This document shows, piece by piece, positions 12,257-27,988 of a stretch of 64,000 nt of DNA. Source of the stretch: Macrostomum lignano (lineage: Eukaryota); contig NIVC01001344.1 of NCBI GenBank assembly GCA_002269645.1, positions 1 through 64,000 on the forward strand, in the 5' to 3' direction. How positions within the stretch are numbered: the stretch's first letter is position 1; every line of letters starts with the position of its first letter. A program made the translations under genes and the position numbers. Under the pieces are notes generated by a model. It searched no databases. It saw nothing but the letters and a program-made list of their open reading frames with translations, and was not told the origin of the DNA.

Positions 12257-15200
12257 ATGACAACCAACAATAAGTCGTCTGCAAATAATAATAATAACAA
12301 TCAGAAGCTAACAGACGAAGATGGCAGCGCCTCAGCCAGCAGTAGCGGCGAAGATTCATCGGATAGCGACGATTCCAGCGTTGAATTGTCCGTCTCTGAC
12401 GGCCCCGACAGTGCTGCGCAGCGGACCTGTAAGGAGATTGAGGACTTGAAGCGGGAGCGAGTCGACCTGCTGCGCCAAGTGAAACAGTTGCTTGAGCAGT
12501 TGGAGCAGGGCGAACAAGAGAAACTCGATATGCTGGCCTTCTGTAGGGAGTCTAATGAGAAGTCGGCCGCCTGCTTGAGAGAGGTAAGCTAATTATGAGC
12601 TATTTGTAAGGTGTTTGCAGGTACTCATCAGTGTCAGTGAAATTGGCAATAGTATCATTCCATTTCCAGTGCCATTTCCGATTGGTCAAATAGGGTGATA
12701 TCTAGGTGGTCATAAATAGTGTCATTACCAGGGCTAAAAGTGTCATTTCTAGGGCAAATAATGTCATTTCCAGGGTAAATAGTGTCATTTCCTGGGTAAA
12801 TAGTGTCATTTCCAGGGTAAATAGTGTCATTTCCAGGGTAAATAGTGTCATTTCCTGGGTAAATAGTGTCATTTCCTGGGTAAATAGTGTGATTTCCAGG
12901 GTAAATAGTGTCATTTTCAGGGTAAACAGTGTCATTTCCTGGGTAAATAGTGTCATTTCCTGGGTAAATAGTGTCATTTCCTGGGTAAATAGTGTCATTT
13001 CCTGGGTAAATAGTGTCATTTCCTGGGTAAACAGAAGCGTCCATTTCAGCTGATCCAAGTTTGTTATTGTCTTTTTTTTAATTTAATTTAAATTGGTCTT
13101 GATAATTAGCAGTGACTTCTCAATTCATTTTTCAGTCTGAAGAAGAGGTAATTTTAGTTTTAACCGTTAATTTGTTGCAGATATACAAAATAATGTCACT
13201 TTAATAAGCGAGTTTGTCACGTTTTGTCAAACATAATTACCAATTATAAAATTAAATTTAATTGTGTGACTTACAATCTAACATCATTCAGTTTCTTTTT
13301 GAATTCGCTATTTACGCTTTAGATTGCGTTTAAAATTTACTTTTTAACGGCTCAGTGAGTAATAAAGAGGTTGCTACTATAATTATTTATGGTTTATATT
13401 AGATAGTTGCTGTCCGAGCTGATTTAACCGCTAATTAACTGCTATTAATTTATCAGCACACAATCTCTCAATCGAAGTTTTGTATCAGTTTAATATAATC
13501 ACAATTGATCAACTGTTATGACTCAAATTTCAGGCCCTTTAAAGCATACTACTCGTAGTACGAGCGTATGGCTTGTAGCCCACGTTTGTTTGTAATGCGG
13601 CCTTGAACTTCCGTATTTTCTGTAGTTCATATTCTGATGATTTTATTGATTCTAATGAGTTTGGATCCAGGATGCCGAATGGCACTGTAATTCTGACGCT
13701 TAAAATACCCAGTATTAAAGGAATTGTACACAAGTAGTATGCTTTGCTTCGAATGTACAGTCTACATGATTACGAATGCGAAAAAATATAGACTGGAGCT
13801 GAGCTACCAGAAATTAATTCTTCTTTACTTAGAGAAATAATTGATTACACCTTCCCTAATGGACAGATGTGAAACCGACAGCTCAGCCGCAGCTATTGCG
13901 TGGGGCATCTGAAGGCAGCGTACGGCTGTTCAGTCCATGCACTGGAGAGGAGACGCCACACACCCTCAATTACCCCAGCTAATGCTCTAGCCTAGTGGTT
14001 AGAGTCCGGACTCACGACTGAAAGGTCGGGGGTTCGATTCTCGACCAACTCGGAACAATTTCTGAGATCCGAGTCCTTGAGCACTTGAATCTTACCATTA
14101 GCTGGTGTTATTGAGGGTGTGTGTGGCGACCCCCCCCCCCAGTCCTTGGACTGATCAGCCGTACGTAGCCTTCAGATGCGCCGCGCAATAGCTGCGGCTG
14201 AGCTGTCGGTTGCACATCTGCCCATTAAGGAAGGTGTAATCAATTATTATTACTTAAAGAAAAAAAGTAAACTCTATTTAGTCTTCTATAATCCATAGTG
14301 AGTAGTAACTTCAGCATTTCAATTCCTATTTAACTATACAAAAGGTGGTCAAGCTAAAAAACGAATTGGACCGTCAGAAGAGGCGGGTTCGCGCCGCACT
14401 AGCCGAACGTCAAACTGCCGCTGTTGTTGGCGTCGATGCGGCTACGCAGACAGCGACAATCAGCAATGCGGCGTCGACCTCCGGCATGGTCGAATACGAC
14501 TCCGCCGACCGGAGTCTTCAACAGTGCCTGCACATTCTCGGTGGCAGCGTAGCCAGCGCCGCGATAGCGGCCGGGGCGACACCAACTCGGCCCACTCGGC
14601 TCAGTCCGAGGACAGTCCAGATCGTCAGCGTCGGGATGCCGACGAATTTTACGACGACGTAACCGCCGATGACGAAGTTGTCACGGCTGTGACCACCGCT
14701 GCCCCGGCGCAGTCGCAGCCGCCGCAGCAGCGTCAGACCGGCGAAGACGTTGAATTTGGCCGGCAGAAACTGCTGCGAACTTCCACTAGGACAAAGAAGT
14801 CTAGCGGTGGCGGCGCCGCCGGACGGCAGGACCAGCTGGCTAGGGAGGCGCTGTCGCTGCCGCTGTCCAGATGGCGAGCCGAGCACGTCGCCGCTTGGGC
14901 AGCCAGCCCGACTGTGGGCTTGGCCATTTATGCCGAACGGCTGCAGGTGCGTAATAGGAGAACATGTTCTTTGAACACCTTCAAGTTTTTAGTGTCTAAA
15001 CCTGAGTATCTGTTCATTATTGACTAATCCATCAATTTTCTGAAAAATATCATTGGTCCAGACTGTCTCGTGACAGAATCTAGTTCAGTCAGTGACACAC
15101 TAGACCAGTTAGTGACGCACTATAGTCCAGTCAGTGACACTATAGTCCAGTCAGTGACACTATAGTCCAGTCAGTGACACACTAGACCAGTTAGTGACGC

Positions 15201-16877
15201 AATATAGTCCAGTCAGTGACACTATAGTCGAGTCAGTGACACTATAGTCGAGTCAGTGACACTATAGTCCAGTCAGTGACAGACTATATAGTCCAGTCAG
15301 TGACAGACTCTATAGTCCAGTCAGTGACACTATAGTCCAGTCAGTGACAGACTCTATAGTCCAGTCAGTGACAGACTTTGCAATCTAGTTCAGTGACAGA
15401 CTCTATAGTCCAGGTCAGTGACAGACTCTCAAACCATACCCTCAGGCCACGGTGAAATCCGGCGACATTCTGGCGCGCCTAACCGACTCGGACATGCAGC
15501 GCGAGCTGGCCATTCAAGAGCCGCTGCATCGTCGGCGTCTCCGTCTGGCCATTGACCGTCTGACATCGCCAGACAGTCGCGCCCCGCAGCCGGCGCCCAG
15601 CCTGGACTGTGTCTGGCTAGCCAGCCAGCTGCTGCCATCGTTGGGCCTCCGCCAACTAGCGGATCAGTTCCGCTGCGCTATGGTGGATTGCAGCCTATTG
15701 CTAACGCTAGACAAAGCCGATTTGAAGGGCAGCCAGTTGGCTGTCAGGCAGCGCCGGTATAGGCGCAGCTTAGCCCTAGGCGTTGCACTGCTGCGCTACG
15801 TCAGACTGGATTGGGATAAGCTAGTAGCTATCAGACAGAAATTCGCCTCCAACCTGTTGCTGTATTGGTCGGCTAATTGCCTGCACAGCTGGCTGTTGCT
15901 TTGGGGAGCGCCAGTTAGCGAGGATCGGGTATTAGAGTCCGGCCTGCACGGCGCCTATTTAGTATGGTCTGGCGGCGACTGGGAGAAACCCATGAACGAT
16001 TTATTAAAAGGCGCGCATTGTCGCAAGGCCGTATTGATGGAGCTAAATAGATTAGTTAAGGAGAGTCTGGCCCAGTGCGACAGGCCGCCCCAGCCGGCGT
16101 CAGCTGCATCGGCTGCTGATGCTGCATCAAGTACTGGCGGCAGCACGGTGTCCTCCACTGCTGAGTGAGTGAACTTTTATCAATTAGCCAACACGCGAAA
16201 CCTATGCAGTACAGAAAATTGCTGTATTATTCTACAAATACATATTCAACGCGTTTTAATTGGGAGACTGGTTTTTGACTGTCTCAGTTTTACTGCAGAC
16301 AATTTTAGGATAGGGGTTAAGATTCAGGTCGGAAGCTAAAGGGCTAGTAGTCAAGTGGCTAGCAGTCAAGTGGCTAGCAGTCAAGTGGCTGGCAGTTAAA
16401 TTGTTGACAGTCAAGTGGCTGGCAATAAAAGGGACGATGAGGCACGATGCTAACTTTGCTTAAAATTTGATCTTCCCTCTCAGCCTCTCAGCGGCTCCAT
16501 CTACTAACAACGGCAGTTCGCAACAGCAGCCAAAACAAAAGCAACAGCAGGTCAAGCAACGCTCTCCTTCGCCGCCGCCGCCTCCTCCCACACAGCAGCA
16601 GAAAAAGCCAATCAAACCAGTGCCGCCAGTTCCCGCTTCCAGAGCTTCTCTACTTGGCGGGGGCGCAGGAGGCGGCGAATTCCGCCGCGCTTTCAGACGG
16701 GAATTATCGTCGGTTTCCAGCGCGGAGCATCAACAACAACAACAGAAGCAGCAGCAGCAACCACCGCAGGCGCACGCTCGGCTGAGTCTGCGTGGCGGAG
16801 GCGTCGGCATTTCAACAGCGATGCCGCCGCCTATAGCGGCTGTTAGCAAGCTGCCCTTTAAAAATACGATGATCTGA
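12257..16877 (+). CDS. KAZN: Kazrin-like (liprin family) coiled-coil + 3 SAM protein; exons 12257-12583, 14345-14946 (one internal frame shift), 15446-16164, 16484-16877
   Basis: Coiled coil LKRERVDLLRQVKQL. SAM motifs LSRWRAEHVAAW, VKSGDILARLTDSDMQRELAIQEPLHRRRLRLAI, LDCVWLASQLLPSLGL and SGLHGAYLV resemble kazrin. Splice phases (0, 0, 2) are consistent apart from a 1-nt shift near 14450. Confidence 0.75.
12700..13035. repeat. 21-bp minisatellite (AATAGTGTCATTTCCTGGGTA), kazrin intron 1
   Basis: Visible tandem array. Confidence 0.95.
13836..13987 (-). mobile_element. 5'-truncated SINE copy (3' half)
   Basis: The reverse complement matches the 3' half of the 10453-10740 and 13988-14248 copies, including the tail GTAATCAATTATT. 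Confidence 0.8.
13988..14248 (+). mobile_element. SINE copy with partial CORE deletion
   Basis: Starts TAGCCTAGTGGTTAGAG, has B-box GGTTCGATTC and the same 3' domain. Confidence 0.8.
15075..15430. repeat. 20-24-bp minisatellite (CACTATAGTCCAGTCAGTGA), kazrin intron 2
   Basis: Visible tandem array. Confidence 0.9.
16340..16405. repeat. 15-bp short tandem repeat (GCTAGCAGTCAAGTG), kazrin intron 3
   Basis: About 4 degenerate copies. Confidence 0.7.
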
Positions 16878-17489
16878 GCTGAGCTGGCAGCATTTTTAAT
16901 TGGTGTTTTTTATCATTGTGCTACTGCTACTACTAATACTACTCATGATAAGTAGTCAGTTTTTGCTGTCTTTATCAGCTTGTAGAAGTTGAGAATTGTA
17001 TAATATACTGAATTTATATCAATTGGACACAATCTGGACTACTTAAAGTACTATTTAAGAGGTATTTACTGCTGCTTGACTTAACATTTTCAAAAGATGC
17101 CTTATATTAACATTGTCACATTGTAAAGCAGGTTTTATTCGTTTCTGAGAATTGAACTTTTCTAGTAGCTAAGCTTCTACGAGTATTATACAATCGTACT
17201 GAGTACAATCTGCTATAGATTTGATACTTACTGTGCTCAGCCAATCGCTGCATGTACAGAAGGTTAAACATTTGGCCTAAATCGTGTATACTGTCTCCAC
17301 TTGTGCTTACATGATTGGACTATCATTTTAGCCGCACTCAGTTTAATAGCTTTTTGCCCTGCTCTGAGCAAAGTGCTTTTCTTTTACTAGTAAGCGGTAA
17401 CCTGTGCGCTTTAATTTGCATGACTTTCTTAACATTTTGATTGACTTTTCTGTCCACTAATCATTAGCAACTATTAGATGCTTTTGTCT

Positions 17490-20400
17490 GTCTATTCCCC
17501 GGTCTGTCAGTGACCACCGCCACTATCCCCCAGTCTGTCAGTGACCACCGCCGCTATCCCCCAGCCTGTCAGTGACCACCGCCACTATCCCCCAGTCTGT
17601 CAGTGACCACCGCCACTATCCCCCAGCCTGTCAGTGACCACCGCCACTATCCCCCAGCCTGTCAGTGACCACCGCCACTATCCCCCAGCCTGTCAGTGAC
17701 CACCGCCACTATCCCCCAGCCTGTCAGTGACCACCGCCACTATCCCCCAGCCTGTCAGTGACCACCGCCACTATCCCCCAGCCTGTCAGTGACCACCGCC
17801 ACTATCCCCCAGCCTGTCAGTGACCACCGCCACTATCCCCCAGCCTGTCAGTGACCACCGCCACTATCCCCAGCCTGTCAGTGACCACCGCCACTATCCC
17901 CCAGCCTGTCAGTGACCACCGCCACTATCCCCCAGCCTGTCAGTGACCACCGCCACTATCCCCCAGCCTGTCAGTGACCACCGCCACTATCCCCCAGCCT
18001 GTCAGTGACCACCGCCACTATCCCCAGTCCATCAGTGACAACTGCTACTATCCCCCAGCCTGTCAGTGACCACCGCCACTATCCCCCAGCCTGTCAGTGA
18101 CCACCGCCACTATCCCCCAGCCTGTCAGTGACCACCGCCACTATCCCCAGCCTGTCAGTGACCACCGCCACTATCCCCCAGCCTGTCAGTGACCACCGCC
18201 ACTATCCCCCAGCCTGTCAGTGACCACCGCCACTATCCCCAGCCTGTCAGTGACCACCGCCACTATCCCCCAGCCTGTCAGTGACCACCGCCACTATCCC
18301 CAGCCTGTCAGTGACCACCGCCACTATCCCCCAGCCTGTCAGTGACCACCGCCACTATCCCCAGCCTGTCAGTGACCACCGCCACTATCCCCCAGCCTGT
18401 CAGTGACCACCGCCACTATCCCCAGCCTGTCAGTGACCACCGCCACTATCCCCCAGCCTGTCAGTGACCACCGCCACTATCCCCCAGCCTGTCAGTGACC
18501 ACCGCCACTATCCCCCAGCCTGTCAGTGACCACCGCCACTATCCCCCAGCCTGTCAGTGACCACCGCCACTATCCCCCAGCCTGTCAGTGACCACCGCCA
18601 CTATCCCCCAGCCTGTCAGTGACCACCGCCACTATCCCCCAGCCTGTCAGTGACCACCGCCACTATCCCCCAGCCTGTCAGTGACCACCGCCACTATCCC
18701 CCAGCCTGTCAGTGACCACCGCCACTATCCCCCAGCCTGTCAGTGACCACCGCCACTATCCCCCAGCCTGTCAGTGACCACCGCCACTATCCCCCAGCCT
18801 GTCAGTGACCACCGCCACTATCCCCCAGCCTGTCAGTGACCACCGCCACTATCCCCAGCCTGTCAGTGACCACCGCCACTATCCCCCAGCCTGTCAGTGA
18901 CCACCGCCACTATCCCCCAGCCTGTCAGTGACCACCGCCACTATCCCCCAGCCTGTCAGTGACCACCGCCACTATCCCCAGCCTGTCAGTGACCACCGCC
19001 ACTATCCCCCAGCCTGTCAGTGACCACCGCCACTATCCCCCAGCCTGTCAGTGACCACCGCCACTATCCCCCAGCCTGTCAGTGACCACCGCCACTATCC
19101 CCAGCCTGTCAGTGACCACCGCCACTATCCCCCAGCCTGTCAGTGACCACCGCCACTATCCCCCAGCCTGTCAGTGACCACCGCCACTATCCCCCAGCCT
19201 GTCAGTGACCACCGCCACTATCCCCCAGCCTGTCAGTGACCACCGCCACTATCCCCCAGCCTGTCAGTGACCACCGCCACTATCCCCCAGCCTGTCAGTG
19301 ACCACCGCCACTATCCCCCAGCCTGTCAGTGACCACCGCCACTATCCCCCAGCCTGTCAGTGACCACCGCCACTATCCCCCAGCCTGTCAGTGACCACCG
19401 CCACTATCCCCCAGCCTGTCAGTGACCACCGCCACTATCCCCAGCCTGTCAGTGACCACCGCCACTATCCCCAGCCTGTCAGTGACCACCGCCACTATCC
19501 CCCAGCCTGTCAGTGACCACCGCCACTATCCCCCAGCCTGTCAGTGACCACCGCCACTATCCCCCAGCCTGTCAGTGACCACCGCCACTATCCCCCAGCC
19601 TGTCAGTGACCACCGCCACTATCCCCCAGCCTGTCAGTGACCACCGCCACTATCCCCCAGCCTGTCAGTGACCACCGCCACTATCCCCCAGCCTGTCAGT
19701 GACCACCGCCACTATCCCCCAGTCCATCAGTGACAACTGCTACTATCCCCCAGCCTGTCAGTGACCACCGCCACTATCCCCCAGCCTGTCAGTGACCACC
19801 GCCACTATCCCCCAGCCTGTCAGTGACCACCGCCACTATCCCCAGCCTGTCAGTGACCACCGCCACTATCCCCCAGCCTGTCAGTGACCACCGCCACTAT
19901 CCCCCAGCCTGTCAGTGACCACCGCCACTATCCCCCAGCCTGTCAGTGACCACCGCCACTATCCCCCAGTCCATCAGTGACAACTGCTACTATCCCCCAG
20001 CCTGTCAGTGACCACCGCCACTATCCCCCAGCCTGTCAGTGACCACCGCCACTATCCCCTAGCCTGTCAGTGACAACTGCTACTATCCCCCAGTCCATCA
20101 GTGACAACTGCTACTATCCCCCAGTCCATCAGTGGCAACTGCTACTATCCCCCAGTCCATCAGTGGCAACTGCTACTATCCCCCAGTCCATCAGTGACAA
20201 CTGCTACTATCCCCCAGTCCATCAGTGACAACTGCTACTATCCCCCAGTCCATCAGTGACAACTGCTACTATCCCCCAGTCCATCAGTGACAACTGCTAC
20301 TATCCCCCAGTCCATCAGTGACAACTGCTACTATCCCCCAGTCCATCAGTGACAACTGCTACTATCCCCAGCCTGTCAGTGACCGCCGCCACTATTCCCC

Positions 20401-21075
20401 AGCCTGTCAGTGACCACCGCCACTATCCCCCAGTCCATCAGTGGCAACTGCTACTATCCCCCAGTCCATCAGTGACAACTGCTACTATCCCCCAGTCCAT
20501 CAGTGACAACTGCTACTATCCCCCAGTCCATCAGTGGCAACTGCTACTATCCCCCAGCCTGTCAGTGACCACCGCCACTATCCCCTAGCCTGTCAGTGAC
20601 CACCGCCACTATTCCCCAGCCTGTCAGTGACCACCGCCACTATCCCCCAGCCTGTCAGTGACCACCGCCACTATCCCCCAGTCCATCAGTGACAACTGCT
20701 ACTATCCCCCAGTCCATCAGTGACAACTGCTGCTATCCCTTTGTCCATCAGTGGCAACTGCTACTATCCCCCAGTCCATCAGTGGCAACTGCTACTATCC
20801 CCCAGTCCATCAGTGGCAACTGCTACTATCCCCAGTCCATCAGTGGCAACTGCTACTATCCCCCAGTCCATCAGTGGCAACTGCTACTATCCCTTTGTCC
20901 ATCAGTGGCAACTGCTACTATCCCCCAGTCCATCAGTGACAACTGCTACTATCCCCCAGTCCATCAGTGGCAACTGCTACTATCCCCCAGTCCATCAGTG
21001 GCAACTGCTACTATCCCTTTGTCCATCAGTGGCAACTGCTACTATCCCCCAGCCTGTCAGTGACCGCCGCTGCTA
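17490..21075. repeat. ~3.6-kb 31-bp minisatellite (GTCAGTGACCACCGCCACTATCCCCCAGCCT, shifting to ATCAGTGRCAACTGCTACTATCCCCCAGTCC)
   Basis: Visible array of more than 100 units. The C-run varies between 4 and 5. Confidence 0.97.
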
Positions 21076-21824
21076 GCATGCGGTGTTCGCAGACTCGTAC
21101 TTTGCTTTAATCTAGTCACTTATCCCGGATTTAATTGGAATCAAGCTATCTATCAATTAAACGCAGGCGCGCTCACCCTTAGGTTGTGTTCCTTTTTTAT
21201 AGTTAATAAAAAACTATATTTTCACAAACAAAAGTACCGACTTTTGCTGGCAAAATCTCTGATATAAAATTGTGATTTTTTAGAGGCAAAAAATCAGCGT
21301 TTCTCTTTTTGTATTCTACTGTAAATTTGAATTTACCTCTGCTCTGCGTTGTTAAGGTACTGTGACGTCTTGCACTTTATTGCACTAACCTGTGATGCAA
21401 ATTGAAGCTTTACTAATCAGATCAAATCTGTATGTGTTTAATGTTATAGAGGACACAATCTAACGTAAGGGTGCTGTGATTACGTGGGGCATTATTACTG
21501 ATAGACATTTTCGGGTTTTTAATATGTATTATTATATAATATATTTTCATATACATATTTATCAATATTTATTGGCCGTCTCTAACTTTAATCTCTATAC
21601 TTATTATTAATGCACCGTGCTGTTGAGTTTTTTAACGGTTTTCTAAGTGGCATTGTAATTGATAGATTTATCAAAGTCTATATTATAAATCTTTTGTTGT
21701 TATTATTATCATAGTACGTGCAAAACTTTAATCAATCAGTGGCATTGAATCGAGTGTGCAGCTATTTATCCAAATGGCCTTTACTTCGATTTATTTTATT
21801 CTGATATCTTATTTTTATAATTCC

Positions 21825-22640
21825 CCTACCCGAAGAAGCCCCTTAAACCCTATCGTTGATAATTCCCCTGTCTAATAAGCCCCGTTAGATCCTATCCTCG
21901 ATAATTCGCCTGCCTAATGAGCCCTCTTTGATCCTATCCTCGATAATTCCCCTGTCTAATGAGCCCTCTTAGATCCTATCCTCGATAATTCCCCTGTCTA
22001 ATGAGCCCCGTTAGATCATACCCTCGATAATTCCCCTGTCTAATGAGCCCCGCTAGATCCTATCCTCGATAATTCGCCTGCCCAATGAGCCCTCTTTGAT
22101 CCTATCCTCGATAATTCGCCTGCCTAATGAGCCCTCTTTGATCCTATCCTCGATAATTCGCCTGCCTAATGAGCCCTCTTAGATCCTATCCTCGATAATT
22201 CGCCTGCCTAATGAGCCCTCTTTGATCCTATCCTCGATAATTCCCCTGTCTAATGAGCCCCGCTAAATCCTATCCTCGATAATTCCCCTGTCTAATGAGC
22301 CCCGCTAAATCCTATCCTCGATAATTCCCCTGTCTAATGAGCCCCGCTAAATCCTATCCTCGATAATTCGCCTGCCTAATGAGCCCTCTTAGATTCTATC
22401 CTCGATAATTTCCCTGTCTAATGAGCCCCGCTAGATCATATCCTCGATAATTCGCCTGTCTAATGAGCCCTTTTAGATCCTATCCTCAATAATTCGCCTG
22501 TCTAATGAGCCCTCTTAGATCCTGTCCTCGATAATTTCCCTGTCTAATAAGCCCTTTTAGATCCTATCCTCGATATTACCCCTGCATGGAGAATACCCCC
22601 TAGATCCTATCTTTGATAGTTCCCCTTCCTGGAGAATTCC
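21825..22640. repeat. 42-bp minisatellite (GATCCTATCCTCGATAATTCCCCTGTCTAATGAGCCCCGCTA)
   Basis: Visible tandem array with period 42 (e.g. 22022 to 22064). Confidence 0.95.
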
Positions 22641-22826
22641 CCTGTAGTCTACAAAATCTTTCTGTACTTGGAACGTTTTCCCTATGTGTAAAATTCGCCT
22701 TACACACGGAAAATCGCCAATCCCCAAAGTTTCTAAGATTCATAATTGGCAAATCTACTTTTCATGCCAGGCCCAAGTCAAATCAGCTGTGGTCAAATAT
22801 CAGTTTGCACTGTCTAAAGCCAGCCA

Positions 22827-23339
22827 ATGTCGCGTCTGCCAATGCTGCTCGCCTCTGCATGCGGAGTTCAACTTTTTAAACGAAGCTTCGCAGCCGCCGC
22901 CGCATCCGGCAGCTTCACCGGGCGCATCCCGATCAAGGAGCTGCACATTCGCGAGGGCTGCTCTGTGAACGGCCGGCCATTGTCGGATTCGCCGTCCGGC
23001 TCGACGGCTCGAGTTGAAATCCGATTCAACCTGGCTCAGGCCAGCTTCATTCCCCAGCGATTGAAGCCGCGATTAGTGCAGCTGTACTCGGACAGGATCA
23101 GCCGCGACGGTCAGTTTGTGGTGGCCTCCGATCGGACTAGGAAGCGGCTGCTGAATCGGGCCGACTGTATGGAAACTATTCGCGAGTGCGTTCGCCAGGC
23201 TGAGGCGGCTGCGGCCGAGCCAGCGACTGCTCAAGCAGGGGATGAGTCTCCCGTCTGTCAGCTGGCCCACATGGATTCTCAGGCGGCGTTGGCTCGGCCA
23301 TTTAGCGGCAATTTGAGCTTTAGCCAGCTGCGACTATAA
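22827..23339 (+). CDS. MRPL58: ICT1/MRPL58 (mL62)-like mitochondrial protein lacking the GGQ motif, 170 aa, single exon
   Basis: Transit-peptide-like N-terminus. FTGRIPIKELHI..ARVEIRFNLAQASFIP..L...YSDRISRDGQFVVASDRTRKRLLNRADCMETIRECV aligns with ICT1 ([49 protein letters not shown]). Confidence 0.7.
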   Translation: MSRLPMLLASACGVQLFKRSFAAAAASGSFTGRIPIKELHIREGCSVNGRPLSDSPSGSTARVEIRFNLAQASFIPQRLKPRLVQLYSDRISRDGQFVVASDRTRKRLLNRADCMETIRECVRQAEAAAAEPATAQAGDESPVCQLAHMDSQAALARPFSGNLSFSQLRL

Positions 23340-23784
23340 CTGTGTGCCCTTGCCCCTTCTCAATGTGCAAAACCTCCAATCATATGAATATTTCTTAGAA
23401 TTCACCATTCACCGTGGTGCCGCTTGGCACAGTGTGATAAATTAAGAGAGACCGTGAACAACGAGATAGTGCAGCCAGTCAGTGCATAAGTGCCTTTCCA
23501 AATTATGCAATTGTGTTCAAAGTGGTCGATGCTTTTAGTATATGGACTAGCAAACTAGTGCCCCCCTTCAGGGCGCCCAATAAGCAAGGAGCAAAAATTA
23601 TTCATGCAAATCCTTTAGAAAGCACATTTTCTGAAGAACCAGTTCCTTCAGTTTTATAAATCACCTTATTCAAGTAAAATTGTCACGGACAAAGATGTTT
23701 ACTATAAATCTCTTTTTTCTAAAAGTAACAAAAGAACAACAAAATAAAGCCTTCACAAAGATAACAGGTATTCCCCCTCAATAG

Positions 23785-23950
23785 AAAGCATCCCCAAGAC
23801 CGCAAGCATCCCCCAGATAGCTCGCAGCAAGCATCCCCCAGATAGCTCGCAGCAAGCATCCCCCAGATAGCTCGCAGCAAGCATCCCCCAGATAGCTCGC
23901 AGCAAGCATCCCCCAGATAGCTCGCAGCAAGCATCCCCCAGATAGCAAGT
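23785..23950. repeat. 25-bp minisatellite (GCAAGCATCCCCCAGATAGCTCGCA)
   Basis: About 6 copies visible. Confidence 0.95.
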
Positions 23951-24825
23951 ACCCATGACGAGACCTCACTCATCTCTATGCGTTCTCTAAAGCTCAATAA
24001 AGTCACTAGCAATGTGGAAAATACACGTTCCTTACCGGCCTCCAGGTCATTTCTAAGAAAATCGAGTGTACCGGTAGCGTCCTGCAGTTGTCCAATATTG
24101 CGTGATTTTGGTTTCTTAAAATCATCCAGTCGGGTTCTGTTGTAGAAAATTTTCTATTGAGCATAATTTTTGATAAAGAATCCGAAGGTTGAAAGATTAT
24201 TCAAGAGATAAAGAGGCCTGAAAATGAGCAGAATACGGGCATATTAATAGTAAATTAGATAATATCTGATTTGGTTTTTACTACTCCGAGTAAATAATTT
24301 GGCTAATTATCTGGCTTTGCATCTTTTTCTAATCAATATCTTTCAAGCAATTAAAAAATAATAGTTCATGTCCTTACTACTTACTAAGTAGCTTGAACTA
24401 CACAAGTAATTCTAAAGAAATTACAGAAGCTTATCTTTTTCCTCTGCGCAAAGAAAAATGCTTGAAAAGTCACGTAGGTCAGAGGTTTCATCTCTTGACT
24501 TCAGCAAGTTAGAAAAATTACAAATGTAGATCTGATTTAACAAGTGCATAGCAGTACCATTTGTACCTGCTTCCTCGCAACTGTTACTGAATAAATTTTG
24601 TCCCACTGGTGTTTTCCAGGAAACACGATGCATTTGAGTTTGAAAGTAGTCACTGTATTCTGTATTTTTATCTTATCTCTAGTTTCATTTTTGTATTTCA
24701 AATGTTTTTTGAGAAGTTAGACACGCGCAATGTTCTACTTAAATTGGCTATTAGTAGTAAAGCTGTAGAACTAACAGCCAATCATATTATTTGCATGCTA
24801 ACGGCTTTAAACGCCATATAGATCC

Positions 24826-27988
<3,163 letters not shown>

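Noticed and set aside
17490-21075. CRISPR-like appearance of the regular ~31-bp arrays
   Set aside because: There are no unique spacers and no cas genes, and the context is eukaryotic. The units are contiguous tandem copies.
23950-24633. Possible small spliced gene on the - strand, divergent from WDR5 (GTAAG/GTAC donors, CAG acceptors)
   Set aside because: The exon chains I tried give short products with no recognisable homology. It could be a lncRNA but is unsupported without RNA data.
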